From the human T2T-CHM13v2.0 reference genome, Homo sapiens, in the NCBI RefSeq assembly GCF_009914755.1, contig NC_060928.1: a stretch of DNA of 64,000 bases; one strand, written 5' to 3'. The notes beneath the pieces were generated by a model. It made no database searches and had not been told where the DNA came from. It was given only the letters and a program-made list of their open reading frames with translations. Positions 38,757-51,101 of this stretch are shown in pieces. A program made the position numbers and the translations under genes. Numbering within the stretch: the stretch's first letter is position 1; each line of letters begins with the position of its first letter.

Positions 38757-38762
38757 AATAAA
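38757..38762 (+). terminator. LTR polyadenylation signal
   Basis: AATAAA within ATGATCAATAAATACTAAGGG of the HML-2 LTR. Confidence 0.7.
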
Positions 38763-39071
38763 TACTAAGGGAACTCAGAGGCTGGCGGGATCCTCCATAT
38801 GCTGAATGCTGGTTCCCCGGGTCCCCTTATTTCTTTCTCTATACTTTGTCTCTGTGTCTTTTTCTTTCCTAAGTCTCTCGTTCCACCTTACGAGAAACAC
38901 CCACAGGTGTGGAGGGGCAACCCACCCCTACATCTGTCTCTTCTTCCCATAAGCCATCCAGGTCAGGAAGAGTAGTAGGTCTTTCTTTGTCCTTATGCTG
39001 TATTCCTGTATTAGATTCTCCCCCTTCTCTAAATATAATTAATCTTTCAATCCAATTTTGTGCCATCATAG

Positions 39072-39325
39072 CAGATGGAATATAGTAAAGTGATGAAGAA
39101 CACAGACTTTTGAGCCAGCTTGTCCGGGTTTGAATTCCAGCTTCATAATTATTACATATATGACTTTGATAAGTCACTTAACCGGACCTCAATTTTATTT
39201 TCACTGAAATATGGATTATTACAATACCTACTACATGAAAAAATGAAGATGAAATGAATTAATGCAAATAAATATCAGAATAATGCCTTGTACATAAACC
39301 TCAATATATATTAGCATTTGTGATT
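39072..39325 (+). mobile_element. MIR SINE
   Basis: AGTGATGAAGAACACAGACTTTTGAGCCAG ... GGGTTTGAATTCCAGC ... TGACTTTGATAAGTCACTTAACC ... AATACCTAC. Confidence 0.8.
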
Positions 39326-39774
39326 AGTGCAAATCTTATAGAAAATGATATTAAAAGAACATTTCAATCTTTGCATTTCTTTTGAAGTACTCCCTAATGT
39401 GCTTGGCTTTCTCTTATACTTTCCAAACTAACTAGAATTCTAACACTTAGCCACCTCAAACTCATCCACATCTATGATTAAAACCTCCTTAAATCCAGGA
39501 AAAACATGAGATATATTTTGTTCAGCTGCATTTGTTGAAATTTATTGGGAAGTGTCTTAGTTTCTAATCCCAATGTTATGCCATATTCTTTTTTGACTAA
39601 AAAAATTTATAATCCAGACTCTGGTCTCAGTTGTTAGTTTAACAAAGAAATAGGTTTCAAATGAGTCTGTTCTTCAGAGATAAAGGCATGGTTTTACTCT
39701 CTGAATTTTCAGAACTGTGGCCTTAAATTTTCTGATTCTGCAGAATTCTGGCCTTAGATACCGCAATAAAATAA

Positions 39775-39852
39775 TTTCTTTCTTTTAACTCTTTTTTCTT
39801 CTCCTTTTCTTCCTCCTTCTTCTCTTTTGCTCTCTCTCTTCTCTCTGTTTTT
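39775..39852. repeat. CT-rich low complexity
   Basis: TTTCTTCTCCTTTTCTTCCTCCTTCTTCTCTTTTGCTCTCTCTCTT. Confidence 0.75.
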
Positions 39853-40015
39853 CTAATTATATATAAAATCTGGGGTCTTTCTCCAAAATAAGGTCATTTT
39901 ATCATATCCCACGCCAATCAGAACATTGTAGCCTGAGTTATTGCAACTGAGTCTGGGCTTCAGTTCAGCTTCCTTTTTTGAAAAGCAGTTCAGTTTCTTG
40001 AGAATGCCAGCTCCT

Positions 40016-42397
40016 TTTGCAATTGCTTTTGGAGATTTTGTCATGATGTCTGTGCCCATGACTATGTCCTGAATGGTATTGCCTAGGTTTTCTTTTAGGG
40101 TTTTTATGGTTTTGGGTTTTACATTTAAGTCTTTAATACATCTTTAGTTAATTTTTTTGTATAAGGTTTAAGGAAGGGTTCCAGTTTCAGTTTTCTGCAT
40201 ATGGCTAGCCAGTTTTCCCAGCACCATTTACTGAATAGGAGATCCTTTCCCCATTGTTTATTTTTGTCAGATTTTGCAAAGATCAGATGGTTGTAGATGT
40301 GTGGTGTTATTTCTGAGGCCTCTGTTCTGCTCTGTTGGTCTATATGTCTGTTTTGGTGCCAGGTCCATGCTCCTTTGGTTACTATAGCCTTGTAGTATAG
40401 TATGAAGTCAGGTAGCATGATGCTTCCAGCTTTGTCCTTTTTGCTTAGGATTGTCTTGGCTATACAGCATCTTCTTTGATTCCATATGAAATTTTAAATA
40501 GTTGTTTCTAATTCTGTGAAGAATGTCAATGTCAGTTCAATGGGAATAGCATTGAATCTGTAAATTTCTTAGGGCATTGTGGCCATTTTCACAATATTGA
40601 TTCTTCCTATCCGTGAGGAGGGAGTGTTTTTCCATTTGTTTGTGTCCTCTCTTACTTCCTTGAGCAGTAGTTTGTAGTTCTCCTTGAAGAGGTCCTTCAC
40701 ATACCTTGTTAGCTGTATTGCTAGGTATTTTATTCTTTTTGTAGTGATTGTGAATGGAAATTCATTCGTAATTATTTGGCTCTCTGCTTGTCTATTGTTT
40801 GTGTAAAAAATGCTTTTGATTTTTGCACATTGATTTCATATCCTGAGACATTGCTGAAGTTGCTTATCAGTTTAAGGAGATTTTGGACTGAGATGATGGG
40901 GTTTTCTAAATATAAAATCATGACATCTGCAAACAAAGATAATTTGACTTCCTCTCTTTCTATTCAAATACTCTTTATTTCCTTATCTTGCCTGATTGCT
41001 GTGGCCAGAACTTCCAATACTACGTTGAACAGGAGTGGTAAGAAAAGCCATCCTTGTCTTGTACAGGTTTTCAATAGAAATGCTTCCAGCTTTTGCCCAT
41101 TTGATATGATATCATCTGTGGGTTTGTCATAAATAGCTCTTATTATTCTGAGATATGTTCCATCAATACTTAGTTTATTGAGAGTTTTTAACATGAAGGG
41201 ATGTTAAATTTTATCGAAGGCCTTTTCTGCATCCATTGAGATAGTAATGTGGTTTTGGTTTTTGGTTCTGTTTATGTGATAAATGACATGTATTGATTTG
41301 TGTTTGTTGAACCAGCCTTGCATCCCAGGGATGATGCTAACTTGATTATGGTGGATAAGCCAAAATTGACAAATGGGATCTAATTAAACTAAAATTCTTC
41401 TGCACAGAGAAAGAAACTATCATCAGAGTGTACGGACGACCTATAGAATGGGAGAAGAATTTTGCAATCCACCCTTCTGACAAAGGAATAATATCCAGAA
41501 TTTACAAGGAATTTAAACAAATTTACAAGAAAAAAAAAAACAGTCCCATCCAAAAGTGAAGAAAGGATATGAACTGACACTTCTTAAAAGAAGACTTCTA
41601 TGCTGCCAGCAAATATATGAAAAAAAGCTCAACATCACTGATCATCAGAGAAATGCAAATCAAAACCACAATGAGATACCATCTCACACCAGACAGGGTG
41701 GCAGTTATTAGAAAGTCAGGAAACAATAGATGCTGGCAAGGCTGTGGAGAAATAGGAAAGCCTTTACACTGTTGGTGGGAGTGTTAATTAGTTCAGCCAT
41801 TGTAGAATACAGTATGGCAATTCCTCAAGGATCTAGAACAAGAAATACCATTTGACTCAACAATCCCATTACTGGGTATTTACCCAAAGGAATATAAATC
41901 ATTCTACTATAAAGACACATGCACACATACGTTTATTCCAGCACTATTTACCAGAGCAAAGACATGGAGCCAACCCAAATGCCCATCAATGATAGATTGG
42001 ATAAAAAAAAAAAAATGTGGGACATATACACCATGGAATACTATGCAGCCATGAAAAAATGAGATCATGTCCTTTGCAGGGACATGGATGAAGCTGGAAG
42101 ACATTATCCTCAGCAAACTAACACAGGAAGAGAAAACCAAACATCACATGTTCTCACTCATAAGGGAGTGTTGAACAATGAGAAGACATGGACACAGAGA
42201 GGGGAACAACACACACCAGGGCCTTTGAGGGGTGGGGGATGATGGGAAGGAATTAGAGGTTGAGTCAGTAGATGCAGCAAACCACCATGTCACACGTATA
42301 TCTAGGTAAAAAACCTGCACATTCTGCACATATATCCTTTTTGCTTTTTTGTTTTAATTTGGGATTTTAGAAGAAATAAAGAAAAACAACTTAAAAA
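40016..42397. mobile_element. L1PA8-like insertion with 5' inversion (40016-41360 antisense, 41357-42397 sense)
   Basis: Antisense ORF2 (translations [15 protein letters not shown]; [25 protein letters not shown]) switches at GGATAAGC|CAAAATTGAC to the sense 3' end and tail; 15-bp TSD AGAATGCCAGCTCCT (40001-15) / AGAATGCAAGCTCCT (42398-412). Confidence 0.95.
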
Positions 42398-42412
42398 AGA
42401 ATGCAAGCTCCT

Positions 42413-42720
42413 AGAGGAAGGGTAGGTTGGAGGGTGGATAGGGAAAGGGGAGATGTTGGTGAAAAGATGCAAGGTTTTAATAAAGAGGAATAGGTTTTAG
42501 TAATCTCTTGCAGAGCAGAAAGACCATTGTTAATAATAACATATTTCAAAATTGCAAAAATATTAGATTTTAAATGTTCTCAAAACTAAGAAATGATAAG
42601 GTTATGAAGTGATAGATATGTAAAGTAGTTTGATGTAATCATTTCACAATGTATGCATATATCAAAAATCATATTGTAGCCCATAAATGTATAAAATTAT
42701 TACTTGTTAATTGAAAGTTT
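42413..42720 (+). mobile_element. L1MA (MA8/9-like) 3' end
   Basis: GGGGAGATGTTGGTGAAAAG, TTTCAAAATTGC, GATTTTAAATGTTCTCA, ATCATTTCACAATGTATGCATATATCAAAA. Confidence 0.8.
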
Positions 42721-43479
42721 AAATGAAGAACACTTGGGCACAAAGGAAAGAAGAAACAAACAAGTGGTTAAAGGCAATATTTATTAAAATAGATAAGATG
42801 CAGTTCCAGATTTGACCTAAAGATAAATTTCCATTTCTCCCCCCTCCCTTTTTTTTTCCTTCCTGTGACCCTCTTGTATCTTTATTTTTGTTCTGCCTCA
42901 GGTTGGAATCCTGGCCTCATAATGGCTTGGCTCTCAATAGTCCATAGCTCTGTAATTATCCAGGGCTCACATAAATGATACATAGATTCCTTAAAACATT
43001 GGGGTTATATCTGTACATACTATGGGAATGCATTTCAGTTCCAACCAGATAGTCAAGTTGGGGTTTCACTTTCCACCTTCACTGACCCTCTGGCTATCAA
43101 AAGTAATTTTTTTGGCTTATTCATCAAATATACTGGGAATTTCAAAAGGCTAAATGCTCTACACTCACCTATTCAAATGACTATCATCAGTTATTTAAAA
43201 ATAAATATTTTCAAAGCCATCTGTTGTGTAAATTATTTTTTAAATATACATGTTTTACATAAATGAAAATACCAAAGATACTGATTTTGTTTAATCCTTT
43301 TTCTTTTGACTTTTTTTTAACTCTTATCTATTCATCTGAGTGATTAATCCACCAAATAATTCACATACACAATTCAGTTTAAAGCCTCTGCAAGTTTAAC
43401 TATTTTAACTGTATAGAAGAATACATAGAGTTTTCTTTGTCATTTCATAATTTAAAGTGGAATTACTTTTCTGCTGGTT

Positions 43480-44030
43480 TTAGTGAACAATACTTTATGG
43501 AAATTCCTCCATTTCAAGTGGCATATATGCAATTAATTGTGCTTAATGCCTTCATAATACTTAGTAGTGGGGTACACCATAATTTATTCAGTTACCTCAC
43601 AAATGATAGTGATTTATGTTATTTTCACTTTTTATCTACTAAAAATGATGCTTGCCATAAAACTTTTGATACATATATTATTATACAAAGGTATTCTATT
43701 TTTATGGAGTACATATCCCAACAGAAGATTATAAGTTTAAAGGGGAAATTTATCTTAGTACATTTAATTTGTGCTGCTCAATTTCTTGCCTTAAAACCAA
43801 TTCAGATTTTTACAAGCAATATAAGAGTGTCATTTTCCAGTCCCCAAAAGCGATGTCTTTTTAACTTTTTACATACAAAATGTAAGCTGATACATATAAA
43901 ATATCAAGTCATTATTACCTGTATTTTCATTTATCTGAATACTAGTGAATTTAACAATTTGGATTACTTTTTTGGTGAATTTCCTATTCATATCAATTGA
44001 CCATTGTTTTTTGATAATTGTGTCTTTTTT
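43480..44030 (-). mobile_element. Ancient L1M (L1ME-like) fragment
   Basis: GTACACCATAATTTATTCAG, ATTTTCATTTATCTGAATACTAGTGA, GTGAATTTCCTATTCATATC; ORF 43869-44078 shows L1-like DMNRKFTKK. Confidence 0.6.
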
Positions 44031-46229
44031 AAAAAGCTTATTGTTTACATTACACACATGTTTTCCATTGCCATACATTTGTTATTAATTTTTATGCAAG
44101 CAGGTATTACTATCTTTCATTTTGGTTGTTGGTTCCTTTTACAAGTATTTTTTTTTTTTTTTATTCCTTGACTACAGATAGGAGTTTAATTTTAGCTAAA
44201 GTTGGATAGTCACGCAGTGGTAGAAATCCAAGCTATCCCTATACAAACCATAAGAAAAAGGTAGACTGTTTCCTCCTGCTGATGTGTGTAAAGTCATCCT
44301 CCTACCTCTTTGTTGTCCATATATTCTCTGAGAATTACAGAGATATTCAGCTCAACTATTCAACTGATTATGGGGGTTAGTCAGACTGCTTAATATTGTT
44401 GTGAAGTATTGTTAAAAATGTCAACTGGGAATAAAAAGGAGGTAAAACTCTCTAATATGTTGGTGAAGTGTCTGCTCCCAAAATTAGTAGAGAATATCAA
44501 TTGTAGAGAATACAATACCAGCTCTTACTTCCCCAGAACTCAAGACTTCATTTGCCTAAGCTCAAATTGTCATTTGACTTGGCAGAGGCAGATTGTATAA
44601 GTGATTTTCATATAAAAGAAAGAAGATAATTTCAGGTCATTAGCCTTCTTAGAATGCCTTCTTTGACACTCTGTGTTCAAATTTATTTTGTTGCTGTCAA
44701 GAAGGAGGGGACTGCCCTAGGGTTGATTATGATTAATTAACATTCTCATATCATACATATAATCCATTACTATACTGCTATTTGTACATGGCATATATAC
44801 TTTTATGGAACACTGGCTATGATTTCTGATCAATTCTATAGATCTTTACATATTTTCTTTACATTTGGAAACCATGAAAATGTAAAACATTGCCCCATGT
44901 AAAACATTGCCCCTTTATAGAAGGGCAATGTTTTACCCAATGTTGCAAAATGAGTTGATACTTGTCATTTTGTTGCATGAAATACCTATGATAAACCAGA
45001 TTTTAGCTGCTCATCACTCCTTTCAGTGATACAAATTCTGTTTTAAATGCAAAATACATTTGGTGAATCATTAGTGTCTCAAACCTGAATAACTCCATTA
45101 CAATGAAATCACTATGTGAAGAAAAATGACTGACACTACCCAAAACCTCTGAATTTGTATGCATTGAAATTACTGTACCAGATATGGTGTGGAAGAGAAG
45201 AATTAATCATTTTTATTAATATGATATTCAAAAAAGTGTACTTTCTCCTCATTTTCATGACCAACATATCATGTCTGACACATTTATTTTTGTCCTTCAC
45301 AGTGAGTTACATTTCATCTTTTGGATTATTGGCATGAAGTAAAAGAGATAGTCTTGCTGAGATCTATTAATAGTTTCATATATCACTTTAGTAGTGACTC
45401 AGCATTTCCACTACATAAGTTCAATTTATCTCTCTTCAGTATTAGTCATACATTTGTAGCACAATTCAGAGTTCAACAATTATTTTCCTACATGGAAAGA
45501 GCATTCTTCTCATGAATCCACATAGCATGCTTCCTGAAACATTTAAAATGTGATAATCCTATTTTACATTTCAAACATCCTTAAACCATGTAGCAATACA
45601 TTTGTGATCTTGGTCAAGTCCCTATCTCCCTTGACTCACTTTATTTATGTATATACAACTATAATATTACACATTATACATATATGCTAATTACACTATC
45701 CTTGTCCTTAAAAATCTTCCTTTGGAAGTGTTGTAATTTTATGTATCCTAAAGTTAAACTAAAATGAAGAATTTGATGTTTATCAATCAATATCCATTTA
45801 AAGACAGATAAACAAATAAAGAACAATTTGTATTGTTTTCTCTATCTTCTCCCAGTGTACAGTATCTTTCTTTAGTTTTTTGATGATTTTACTTGTCATC
45901 CAATTTGTTGTACACCAATTCTATCTTGAATATTTATGAACATAAGATTGTATTAATTGATCTATACATGAGAATGTTTTACAGAAGTTTAGAAATTCCA
46001 TCAGTAAAAACTAGTTATTTTTCCCCCTGATTTTAAAGTAAGTGACTTCACCACCTGTCTCTTTTCTTATGAGTGTGGCTGCTAAAAGCATATCTGGATT
46101 TAACATGCAGAGATCAGATTTTTTTCATAATGCTTGGATTTGGTAGATAAGGTTTGTGAAGCAGCAAAAGCTTTCGCAGGAACTCTTTAAACATGTTACA
46201 AAAAGTTACAGAAAAAAACTCTTTTAGAG

Positions 46230-48000
46230 ATGTTTTTATTTTTTGGCATTGACTAGTTGAAAAGACCAGGTTATTTGTCTAATAGATTGACACACATTTG
46301 GTGTGTGGCAAGTGGTCTTTTTCTGATGTTGTTTACTTTTTTTCGCAATTCATCATATTTCCTGTAGAAGAGTAATTACAACCAGAAGTTTGATTAGAGT
46401 TATATTCAACTTTTGTAGAACAAAAATAATAATGCTTCTGTGTTATTTCTATTGTGTTAAATTACTAAACACAGAATGTCTGGTTGTTCTATTTTTATTA
46501 ATGTAAACATTCACCAATGAGTAAAGTGCTATCAGTCTAATCACTCTACTATAAAAATTCTTTACCACATTTTCAACTAATCATTTAAAATCATTTTGAT
46601 TATTGCTTAGATTGATTGTTCCATTATATGTTACAAAATGTTAATATTCCAATTCCCCTTTCCTTTTGAATTTATTAGATAAAATTCTTCTCTAAAGAAT
46701 TCTCCCTCTTCCTTCTGTTATGCTAAATTAAAGTCCATAAAGGTAGATGAGATAAATGCTTTCTATTCTTACATTACCAATTTTCAGAACAATGCATTGC
46801 CTATTAATATCATTATGAATTTTGGAATTTATAAAAATCAATTGTACTTTCTCATGTTATTCTCCACTTGGTTCATAAGCATAGTTTTTGTGAGGTTTCC
46901 TGTGGTCTTTGGAGATGAAAATTTTTAATTTTCTTGTTGCTTTCTAGCCCAGAAAATGCCTATGGGGAACATAGAGAGGCATGTTCCCAGACAGATATGG
47001 ATTGATTTATTTCTTGAGAACATAGGATCAACTCAGAAGACCATGGATGGTAAATTGGATGAAGAAAATGTAGTACATGTGCACCATGGAATAATACTAC
47101 ATAAAGATCAAAAAGAATGAAATCAGGTCCTTTGCAGCAACACAGATGTAGCTGGAGGTCATTATCCTAAGTGAATTGATGGAGGAACAGAAAAGCAAAT
47201 ACTGCATGTTCTCACTCATAATTGGGGCTAAACTGAGCGCACATGGACATAAACATGAGAACAATAGACACTGCGGACTATTAGATATGGGAGGGAGGAA
47301 GGGAGAAGTGCAAAAGTTGATAAACTACTTACTGGGTACTATGCTTACTACCTGGGTGATAGGATCCGTACTCCAGACCTCAGCATCTTGTGATACGCAC
47401 ATGCAACAAATCTGTACATGTTCCCCTGTATCTAAAATATAAGTTGAAATTTTAAAAATCCCTGCTTTTGTTTTTGTTTTCCAATGATATTTAGAGGCTG
47501 TAGTCTAGGAGCTAGAATGGAGACACTGCTTAATATTCTGGAATAATGGAAAGATTGAGAAACCTGGTATATCAGTAAGAGCACAGCATTTAGAAGTTTA
47601 TACTAATATGTGCAATTCCAATTTAAGATCCAAAATTTCCAAGTAAGTTATCCAATTATATTTTACCTTCTCTCAACTGTCATAGTTTTAATAACAATGT
47701 GATTATTAAAGTTATTATACCAAAATTTAGCAAAGATGCATTTGCAAGTATTTTGCATGTATCATAAGTCTTAAAACTTTTTCAAATTCATTTTGAAGTA
47801 TATTTTATGCATTTCAGCCTCAATAACAGAGCAATACCTTGTCTCTTAAAAAAAAGTATACTTTAAATTTCTCTAGAAAGTAATTTGTTTACTTGTGTAG
47901 CTATCTCATTCATTTAATATACACTTAAGTTAATTTGTGTCATTATTTCTATTTTAAAAGTCTGTTTTTTTTCTTTTTGATTGAGTTATTTCAGGTAACT
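46230..48000 (-). mobile_element. L1MC-like 3' region remnants, interrupted by the L1 at 47045
   Basis: GCATTGACTAGTTGAAAGACCAGGTTATTTG, CACAGAATGTCTGGTTG, AATTCTTCTCTAAAGAA resemble antisense L1MC4/5; degraded. Confidence 0.45.
47045..47458 (+). mobile_element. L1PA16/17-L1PB-type 3' end
   Basis: AAGAAAATGTAGTACAT, CTTTGCAGCAACACAGATG, GGGTACTATGCTTACTACCTGGGTGA, CCCCTGTATCTAAAATATAAGTTGAAA. Confidence 0.85.
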
Positions 48001-48029
48001 TTAATACTAAATTTTTTTTTTACAAAAAT

Positions 48030-50300
48030 ACATGAAAAAGGAAATTAGTAGCCAATTTTACTCACAAGTACAAATTAAAATTCTAAATGAAATATCAAAA
48101 TGAGACACCTATTGTATGAAAAATATACTATATCATATGTTTCAGATTATTCCAGATTATGTTAAATTAAGTTACTGTTAAAACAGTCAATTTAAGTTAT
48201 TCATAGATTAAGAAAATTTACATGATCACATCAATAATAGTATATTAATCACTTATAGTAAGTATGTACTTGTGACAAAAAATGAAAACTTTCACAACTG
48301 GGAATGGAAAGGAACTCCTTTAATGTGGCAAATATATATATAAATAATTAAATCAAATATCATATTTGAAATCTTTTTTTCTATTGTAAATAAGGTGAAT
48401 ATTCCCATTATTAAATGTACAGTTAGTGTTAGTTCAGAAAGATAATTTTATAAGTTTTGAACATTGTAATAAATAAATGTGTAATTATTTTCAACTATTA
48501 TGATTGTGCAAATAGGAAATTTAAAAAAATACTCAACAAAATTCTTATATTTAATGAAAGACCTTAATAACTCTACTACATAAAAGTGAAAAATAAAAAT
48601 GGTTTTGTTTCTACATAAACTTAGGAAATAACATTTATGAGAAAATACTCTTTAGAAAAGCAATGAGGAGTAAGTTCCTCAGTAATAAATATAGCAATAT
48701 ACTTGTAGAACCTGTATGGAAAGTTTATATATTATTTTTAAGAAACAAATAAATATTTTGAAAAATACATCATGTTCATCATTGTGAGGATATAATATTT
48801 AAAAATTTCAGTTCTCCCTAAATATCATGAAGATAACAATTCTCCCTATATTAATTTATTGATTTAATACAATTGAAACAAATTAATATCATTTTTTTCA
48901 GGAAATTGGCAAAATTGAAGACTAATAATAATAGTCTAAATACTCCTGAAGAAGAATAAAGATAGAATTAGCAAGTGTTCTACCAGATTTCAAATATTTT
49001 CATAATCATAATAATTACAACTACGGGAGGGATGCAGGATAGAAACATTAATTATTGAAAAATTAGAGAGAACTCAAAAACAGGCTGAAGGATATAAGAA
49101 TGCTTGTTATGTGACAAATATTTTACTACAGTAGGGTATACCTGATTATTTAATGGTAGGTTTCAGGGAATGTGGAAAGAAAAGCAGATCTCTATATAAT
49201 TCTTTCTGTAAAATTTTGTTTTCAGTGCATTAAATTAAAACTTAAGTGAAAAAGGCCAATCTATAACATTTTAATGTAAACCTATAGAATAATGCCTTTA
49301 AAAATAATGTCAGCTAGCTTTTGCTATATAAAAAACCACAGACAAACTTAGTGGCTTAAAACAACAATTGCATATTTGGTTTATGATTCTCTTTGTCAGA
49401 AATTTGGCCTAGGAACATATGGTTTTTTCTCCTTATTTTAGTTCACCTAACTCATGCATCTATAGTCAGTCAGTGCTCACCTAGATGGTTCTGCTTTTGG
49501 GACTTGGTTAGGGTTGTGGATTGGGGTAAGTGGAGATAATTGGATCATAAGTTTCACAATGTCCATCAGTTAATCTGAGATGTCCCTTACACGGTGAAAG
49601 GCAGGTTTCCAAGAGAATGACTGAAATAACACAAAGCCCCAATGCCTAAGCATGGAACTGACACAACGTCACTTGTCAAAGTGACAAAGAAAGGCATGGT
49701 TTCGGATTTCAGAAGCAGACATATACATTCAGTCTCTTGTTAAGAGCAGTTACAAAATCACATTGCAAGTGTCTGGATACAGGAAGAGAAATAATTGCAA
49801 ACTTTTTTTTCAAACAAGTCACTAAAATCTAAATTCAAATTAAAGAACGATATTGCAGAATGGACACAAATTTACAAGCCATGAAAATAAACAATAAAAT
49901 AAAATGAATTCAAATGAATAACTTTAATAATGAAATACATATAAAGTACATATTAGAAAGTAGATATTTATAAAACCTGTGTAACTGAAAAAATTGGTAT
50001 CAAAGTACATAATAAAAAATAATAGTAAAGAAAGAATTTATGAACAAATATAAAATGTAATAAAATTGAGCAAATATGGAAATAGGCATTTAACCACAAA
50101 TAAAATAAAAAAGGTAAATCAATCTTTAAAAATATTCTTACATTTATTAGTCATTAGGCTAATGCAAAATATTACTACAGTATGGAACTATTTCATTGCA
50201 TCTAGGTAGACACACATTAACTAATTGGACCTTATCAAGTGTTAGTGAGAATATGAACTGTATTATACATTGTTGCTACACAACATAATTGGTGTGAAGT
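48030..50300 (+). mobile_element. Ancient L1M ORF2 remnants, interrupted by MLT1
   Basis: A-rich sense strand with ACATGATCACATCAATA, CATCATGTTCATC, AGTTCTCCCTAAAT, TTAGTCATTAGGCTAATGCAAAAT. Confidence 0.55.
49308..49826 (-). mobile_element. MLT1 (F/G/H-like) solo LTR
   Basis: TGTCAGCTAGCTTTTGCTATATAAAAAACCAC...AAACTTAGTGGCTTAAAACAAC ... GGAACTGACACAACGTCACTT ... GAGCAGTTACAAAATCACATTGCAAG. Confidence 0.75.
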
Positions 50301-50309
50301 ACTCGTCTC

Positions 50310-50570
50310 CAGGGGAGAAAAATACATTCCTTTCTTTTTAAAATAGATGTGGTCAAGTGATTTTCTTTGGCCTAAACATATGAGTAAGATTTGAAATGGG
50401 GCTGCTTTGTCTGCTAGATTCCCAAAATGGTATCATAAAGTAGAGCCACAGACATACTGTAATGGCATCTCAATAATGTGAATGGGAATAAACTCTTTTT
50501 GTTCTAAGCTACTGGGATTTCGGTAACATTTGTTATTCGTGTATCAAATTCTTAGATTAGTGACTCAAAA
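50310..50570 (+). mobile_element. MLT1 (I/J-like) LTR fragment
   Basis: TAGATGTGGTCAAGTGATTTTCTTTGGCC ... AATAAACTCTTTTTGTTCTAAGCTACTGGGATTT ... TTTGTTA. Confidence 0.6.
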
Positions 50571-50599
50571 GAAAATAATGTCTTCTGTTGTCTATGCCT

Positions 50600-50675
50600 T
50601 GATCACCGTGCATTATATACATGTAACAAAATTTCTCAGGTACCCCATAAATGTGTACAAATAAATAAATAAAAT
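50600..50675 (+). mobile_element. L1MA extreme 3' tail
   Basis: CATTATATACATGTAACAAAATTTCTCAGGTACCCCATAAATGTGTACAAATAAATAAATAAAA. Confidence 0.65.
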
Positions 50676-50689
50676 ACAAGTAACTGTTA

Positions 50690-51101
50690 ACAGTATCATG
50701 GTGCTCTATCTATATCTTCTACAGGCTTTTATAAATGTATATTCAGAAATTGCATACCTCCTAGATTCCCATGCACGTATACCTTTCAAAACTGAAGCAA
50801 TAATTCCTCCAGATGCTGGAAATCTTGGATATTGTTAGTGCCCAGCTGAGTCAATTTCCAGGAAATGCTCTAGGCCAAAATAGTCTCTACCAATAACTGG
50901 TTGGTAAGGAGATATAAAAATCTAGACTGACAGCTTCAGTGCAAGGCAACTGTGGAGGGTCATGACAGGTCCACTCCTACCTTTGCCCAATCATGCTGCC
51001 TTCCCTTCCTCACAGGTGTCGACCTTAAGAGCTAGCCCCAATACACACCCTACTTGCAAATCTGCTTCAAAGTTGACTTCCAGGAAACCTGATCTACAGC
51101 A
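50690..51101 (+). mobile_element. ERVL LTR16/LTR33-like LTR
   Basis: CCAATAACTGGTTGG, CTTCCTCACAGGTGT, and the end CTTGCAAATCTGCTTCAAAGTTGACTTCCAGGAAACCTGATCTACAGCA. Confidence 0.6.

Larger units (their letters stand above)
37965..38932 (+). mobile_element. HERV-K(HML-2) LTR5_Hs solo LTR
   Basis: 968 bp from TGTGGGGAAAAGCAAGAGAGATCAG to GGAGGGGCAACCCACCCCTACA; perfect 6-bp TSD TCTGTC (37959-64 and 38933-38); CpGs largely retained; no PBS or internal sequence follows. Confidence 0.98.

Noticed and set aside
38216-39177. Minus-strand ORFs of 125, 68 and 102 aa
   Set aside because: Antisense frames across LTR5_Hs and the adjacent MIR; no gag, pol or env sequence is present.
43437-44000. Longest ORF (187 aa)
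   Set aside because: TTG start, antisense to a decayed L1M, F/I/L-biased composition as expected from AT-rich DNA, no recognisable domain.
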